DNA of 64,000 nucleotides from Carcharhinus amblyrhynchos (Eukaryota): positions 24,304,001-24,368,000 of the forward strand of contig OZ336888.1 in NCBI GenBank assembly GCA_965287045.1. Reading direction: 5' to 3'. Positions 60,013 to 64,000 of this stretch are shown here, in pieces. Below the pieces are notes generated by a model. That model had not been told where the DNA came from, searched no databases, and saw only the letters and a list, made by a program, of their open reading frames with translations. Position 1 is the stretch's first letter. Every line of letters starts with the position of its first letter. The position numbers were made by a program, and so were the translations under genes.

Positions 60013-61696
60013 GCACCCCACCACGGGGGTAATAGTGCATTGGTACCATGCACAAAATTGCACGCATCCACAAATTGCCATTCGCGTTCTCGCTTAGCCG
60101 CAGCAGAGGACTTTGCAGCTCTGCAGATTAATTGCTGCTCCTGGGCGATTTGCTGTTTTCTTTTCCGGAAAAGAATATACATATATAAAATCAAACCAGT
60201 TGCAAACGCTTTGCCTTTCCTTTAGCAGCACTTTTTCTGGTTAGAAAAGGTGCTGCTTGTTGTGGGGTGGGGGGGTGGCGGCGGGGGTAGGGTGCAGTTG
60301 ACGCAGTCACTGCAGACAGTGGCTGTCCCGGATTCCCCACCCCTGCTTAGCTCTGACCTGCTTTCTCCAGTCGGAGGCTGTTTCCACGTTAAAAAAACAG
60401 GTCAATGTGCTAAAAGCAGCAGAGGGCGCTGGATGTAGCAAAAAATTCAACTGCAACACCTCATCAGCCCCCAGTCAGGGTTATTATGCATATTTCTTTT
60501 TTTTATTTAAAAATGTCCATCTGCTTTCCAATGAGTCCAATGCTTCCTCCAGCTAACGTATACACTTGATCAAATATAATTCTGAAATTAAACCTGCCTA
60601 TCTATGTATTTTTTTAAGTCAGGAGGGTTTCGTTTTTATTGACATCTTTCATGACTGCGAAAAAAAACATTTTGGAGTGGGAAGGGAGTGAGTTTCTCCT
60701 TATTAGCTCCACCGCAGCCTTCTATGATATTAAAGAAAGGAGTTATTGGCTGAGAGTTGCTTTTAGTTAAAGGGGGGAGGGAGTCAGGGTAAAATAATTG
60801 TAAAAACATGTTGTCTCCTGTCAGCCCATCCCAACCGGGGGGAGAGGGAGGATGCTCAGGAACAAGATATAGTCAAGTTCGGGGTCAAACAGAGGCAGTT
60901 TTCCTCCTCCCTCCCCGCCCCCCCCTCCCGCGCCAACCCCCAGCCCCATTACCTTCCAGAAATCAGTCAGATTATTTTGTTTGTATATTCTGTGCTGTAA
61001 CAGCCGTTCACACCCGTCCAACTTTGAAATTGAAAGGCAGCTTTCAAATACATACTTTTGACTTCCCTGAGTCATAATGCTAGAAGTCTCATACTTCCCT
61101 GAGTCACCGTCTGTCATTGCTCTGACTTTTCGCCGGACATAATCTGTGCTGCTGAGTTGTTCACTGTTGTCAATTTGCTGGGGTCTCACTATTTTCAAGA
61201 TATTTTCAGCAAACACCTCCCCCCCGCTCCCAACTCCGGCCCCCGGGACATTCACCCAAATTTTCACACATTGAAATTCACGCATAAGCACTGAACTCGC
61301 CTGTGTTTGAATTCGCAGTTTGTGACTGAAGTTTTCATTTCGTACGTTAATTTTGAAAGACGTACTGCTGTGCACTGTGGTATTGCTGAATAAATCGCTT
61401 ATTAATGTTCATTTCTGACTGGCCCTACAATATCGCCACTCCAAAGGTATGGCGTGCAACGTGCAGTGTTGGGCCAGCTGCACAGATTTTTTCCCCCTAA
61501 TCCAAGTTATACAGTGCAAAGTAGCTCACCTGACAGCTTAAGCAGAGGGTTGACAATGCTTGTAGAATGTGCAATCTATTCTGAGGGAGGGGGTTTCCTA
61601 TGTATAAACTCCTGTTCAGCAGGCAAGACTTCTTATCATTAATTATGTTTACAGTGTGTACTGGCATGAGTGGATTTTTACCACTGTTAACCCCTG

Positions 61697-61983
61697 GATA
61701 GATTGGACTTGGAAAAGATGTTGCCATTAGTAGGAGAGACCGGGATCGCAGGGCACGGGTTCAGAATAAAGGGCCCGCCCTTTACAACTGAGATGAGGAG
61801 GAATTTCTTCAGCCAGGGAATGGTGAATCTGTGGAATTCATTGCCACAGAAGGCTGTGGAGGCCAGGCCATTGAGTATATTTAAGACAGAGATAGATAGG
61901 TTCTTGACTGGTAAGGGGATCAAAGGTTGCGGGCAAAAGGCGGCAGAATGGGGCTGAGAAAGATATTAGCCATGATCGAATGG
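61697..61983 (+). mobile_element. CR1 3' fragment of a different subfamily
   Basis: TEMRRNFFSQGMVNLWNSLP..IFKTEIDRFL. Confidence 0.88.
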
Positions 61984-61989
61984 ACTTAG

Positions 61990-63360
61990 AATTAGTCATT
62001 ATGGCACAGAGGAGGCCATTCAGTCTATTGAGTAATGCTGGTTCTCTGTAGTGCAGGTCAGTCAGTGTAATTTCCCCATTCCCCTCCAGTGCCCATCAAA
62101 TTTCCTTTTGAAACCATTGATTGCCTCCTTCCCACCTCCCTCTTATGCTGAGTTCCAGGTCATTACCACTTACTGTGTAAAATATGTTTCTTCACACACA
62201 CATATATAAGAACATAAGAACATAAGAAATAGGAGCAGGAGTAGGCCATCTAGCCCTTCGAGCCTGCCCCGCCATTCAATAAGATCATGGCTGATCTGTC
62301 GTGGCTCAGTTCCACATTCCCGCCCTCTCCCCATTACCCTTAATCCCTTCGCTTATCAAAAACCCATCAACCCGCGTCTTAAAAATATTTAGCGAGGCAG
62401 CCTCCACCACTTCAACAGGCAGAAAATTCCAGAGATTCACCACCCTTTGAGTGAAGAAATATCACTCCATCTCTTTCCCAAATCCATTATTCTATGTCTC
62501 CCTCATCCTTGTACTCTGTTAATGTGAACAACTTTTCTTTGTCGACCTTACCTAAACCAATCATAATCTTATACACCTCTATACAATCTCTGTTCAATCT
62601 CCTTTGCTCCAAGGAGAACAACTTAACCTTGTAGCCAAAATTCCTCATGCTTGCAACCAGTGAGGTACATTCTCTCATCTCTGGAATCATTCTGGTAAAT
62701 TTCCTCTGCACCATCTCAAGGACATTCAATTCTTTCCTAAAGCATGGTGACCAGAACTGCACACTATACTCTAGTTGTGATATAATCACAGCTTTCTAAA
62801 GTGGCAGCACGGTGGTTAGCACTGCTGCCTCACAGAGCTAGGGATCCTGGTTCAGTTCCTGGCTTGCACATTCTCCCCATGTCTGCATGAGTTTCCTCTG
62901 GGTGCTCCAGTTCCTTCCCACAGTCCAAAGTTATGTTGGTTGGGTGTATTGGGCAAGCTAAATTTTCCCTCACTGCATCTGAACAACTGCCAGAGTGTGA
63001 CGACTAGGGAATTTTCACACTAACTTCATTATAGTGTTATTGTAAGTCTACTTGTGACACTAATAAATAAACTTTAAACTTCAGTGTAACTTTCCTGCTT
63101 TACCTCTATTTATATAGCCCAAGATCACCTGTGCTTTGTTAATTGTTCTCTCAATGTGTCCTGCTGCTTTCAGAAGATCCATGCACATGATCTCAAGACC
63201 TCTGCCCCTGCAAACTCTTTAGAACTATGCCATCAACTATATATTGTATCTTCATATCTATTCTTTCCGGTAAAAAACAGTGCAAAATCAGTATGCGATC
63301 AATGTGACACTTGCTGTTTAGTGCATTTTGAATTTGGAGCTGTTCATCCATATTCACCCC
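61990..63360 (-). mobile_element. Old CR1 containing a young CR1 tail (62207-62458, minus) and a type B SINE (62802-63080, plus)
   Basis: LEYSVQFWSP..VQRKFTRMIP (ORF 62487..62789). Confidence 0.8.
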
Positions 63361-63564
63361 GCCATTGAATAATAAATTGTTATAGCACAGGAGGCCATTT
63401 GACCCATTGTGTCTGCACCAGGTCTCTATAAGAGCCACTCAGCTAGTCCTAATTCCTTTCCCTATTGCCGTAGCCCTGTAAATTTTAAGAATATTCCTGT
63501 ACCACTATTCTGTATAGTTGTATAATGTTCAATGTACACCTGTATGCCTGTGCAAGCATACAAA

Positions 63565-63860
63565 TGGCATGGTGATACTATGGTTAGTACTGCTGTCTCG
63601 CTATGCCTAAGATGTGGGTTTGATTCCTAGCTTGGGTCACTGTGCAGAGTCTGCATGTTCTCACCATGTCTGTGTTGGTTTCCTGCAGATGCTCCAGTTT
63701 TCTCCCACTGTCCAAAAGATATACTGGTTAGGTGGATTAGCCATGCTAAATTCTTTCTCAGTGTACCCTAACAGGCGCTGGAGTGTGGCGACTGGGGGAT
63801 TTTCACAATAACTTCATTGCAGTGTTAATGCAAGCCTACTTGTGATATTAATTTTTAAAA
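63565..63860 (+). mobile_element. V-SINE type B
   Basis: Head, core and type B tail. Confidence 0.87.
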
Positions 63861-64000
63861 AAATATAAAACGCAAGCGTCATTGTCTGGGGAACCAGTAT
63901 GTAATCAGAACAAAATCATATATTACATAGTTTGAAAGTTAAACTTGGAATATACATTAGGTCTCGGCATTTAAATTGTTGAGAAATACTAGTTCAATGT

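Overview
Eukaryotic genomic DNA, almost certainly from a shark (inferred from HE1/V-type SINEs and HER1/CR1 LINEs). The only host protein-coding gene I can support is a complete six-exon PIM3 Ser/Thr kinase on the minus strand: CDS join 58478-58391, 58060-57954, 57818-57768, 57278-56915, 55585-55409, 55266-55082; 972 nt, 323 aa, all introns GT-AG. It has a GC/CCAAT/octamer promoter near 59.2-59.4 kb, a long ATG-free leader, and a ~1.3 kb 3'UTR with AU-rich elements and miRNA seed matches. The ~53 kb downstream is a dense, nested mosaic of transposons: tRNA-derived SINEs with three different LINE-derived tails, young and old CR1 LINEs, L2, Tx1/L1, Rex-like and Penelope remnants, a fragmented hAT transposase, a Harbinger element and MITEs. 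Most notable are small TSD-flanked Penelope-derived elements carrying hammerhead-ribozyme-like cores (one forms a ~240 bp palindrome), several template-switch and templated-insertion scars, SINE tail swapping, and a few non-repeat islands that look like enhancers or a non-coding promoter. I found no clearly new protein-coding system. Repeat family names come from recalled motif similarity, not database searches, and repeat boundaries are approximate.
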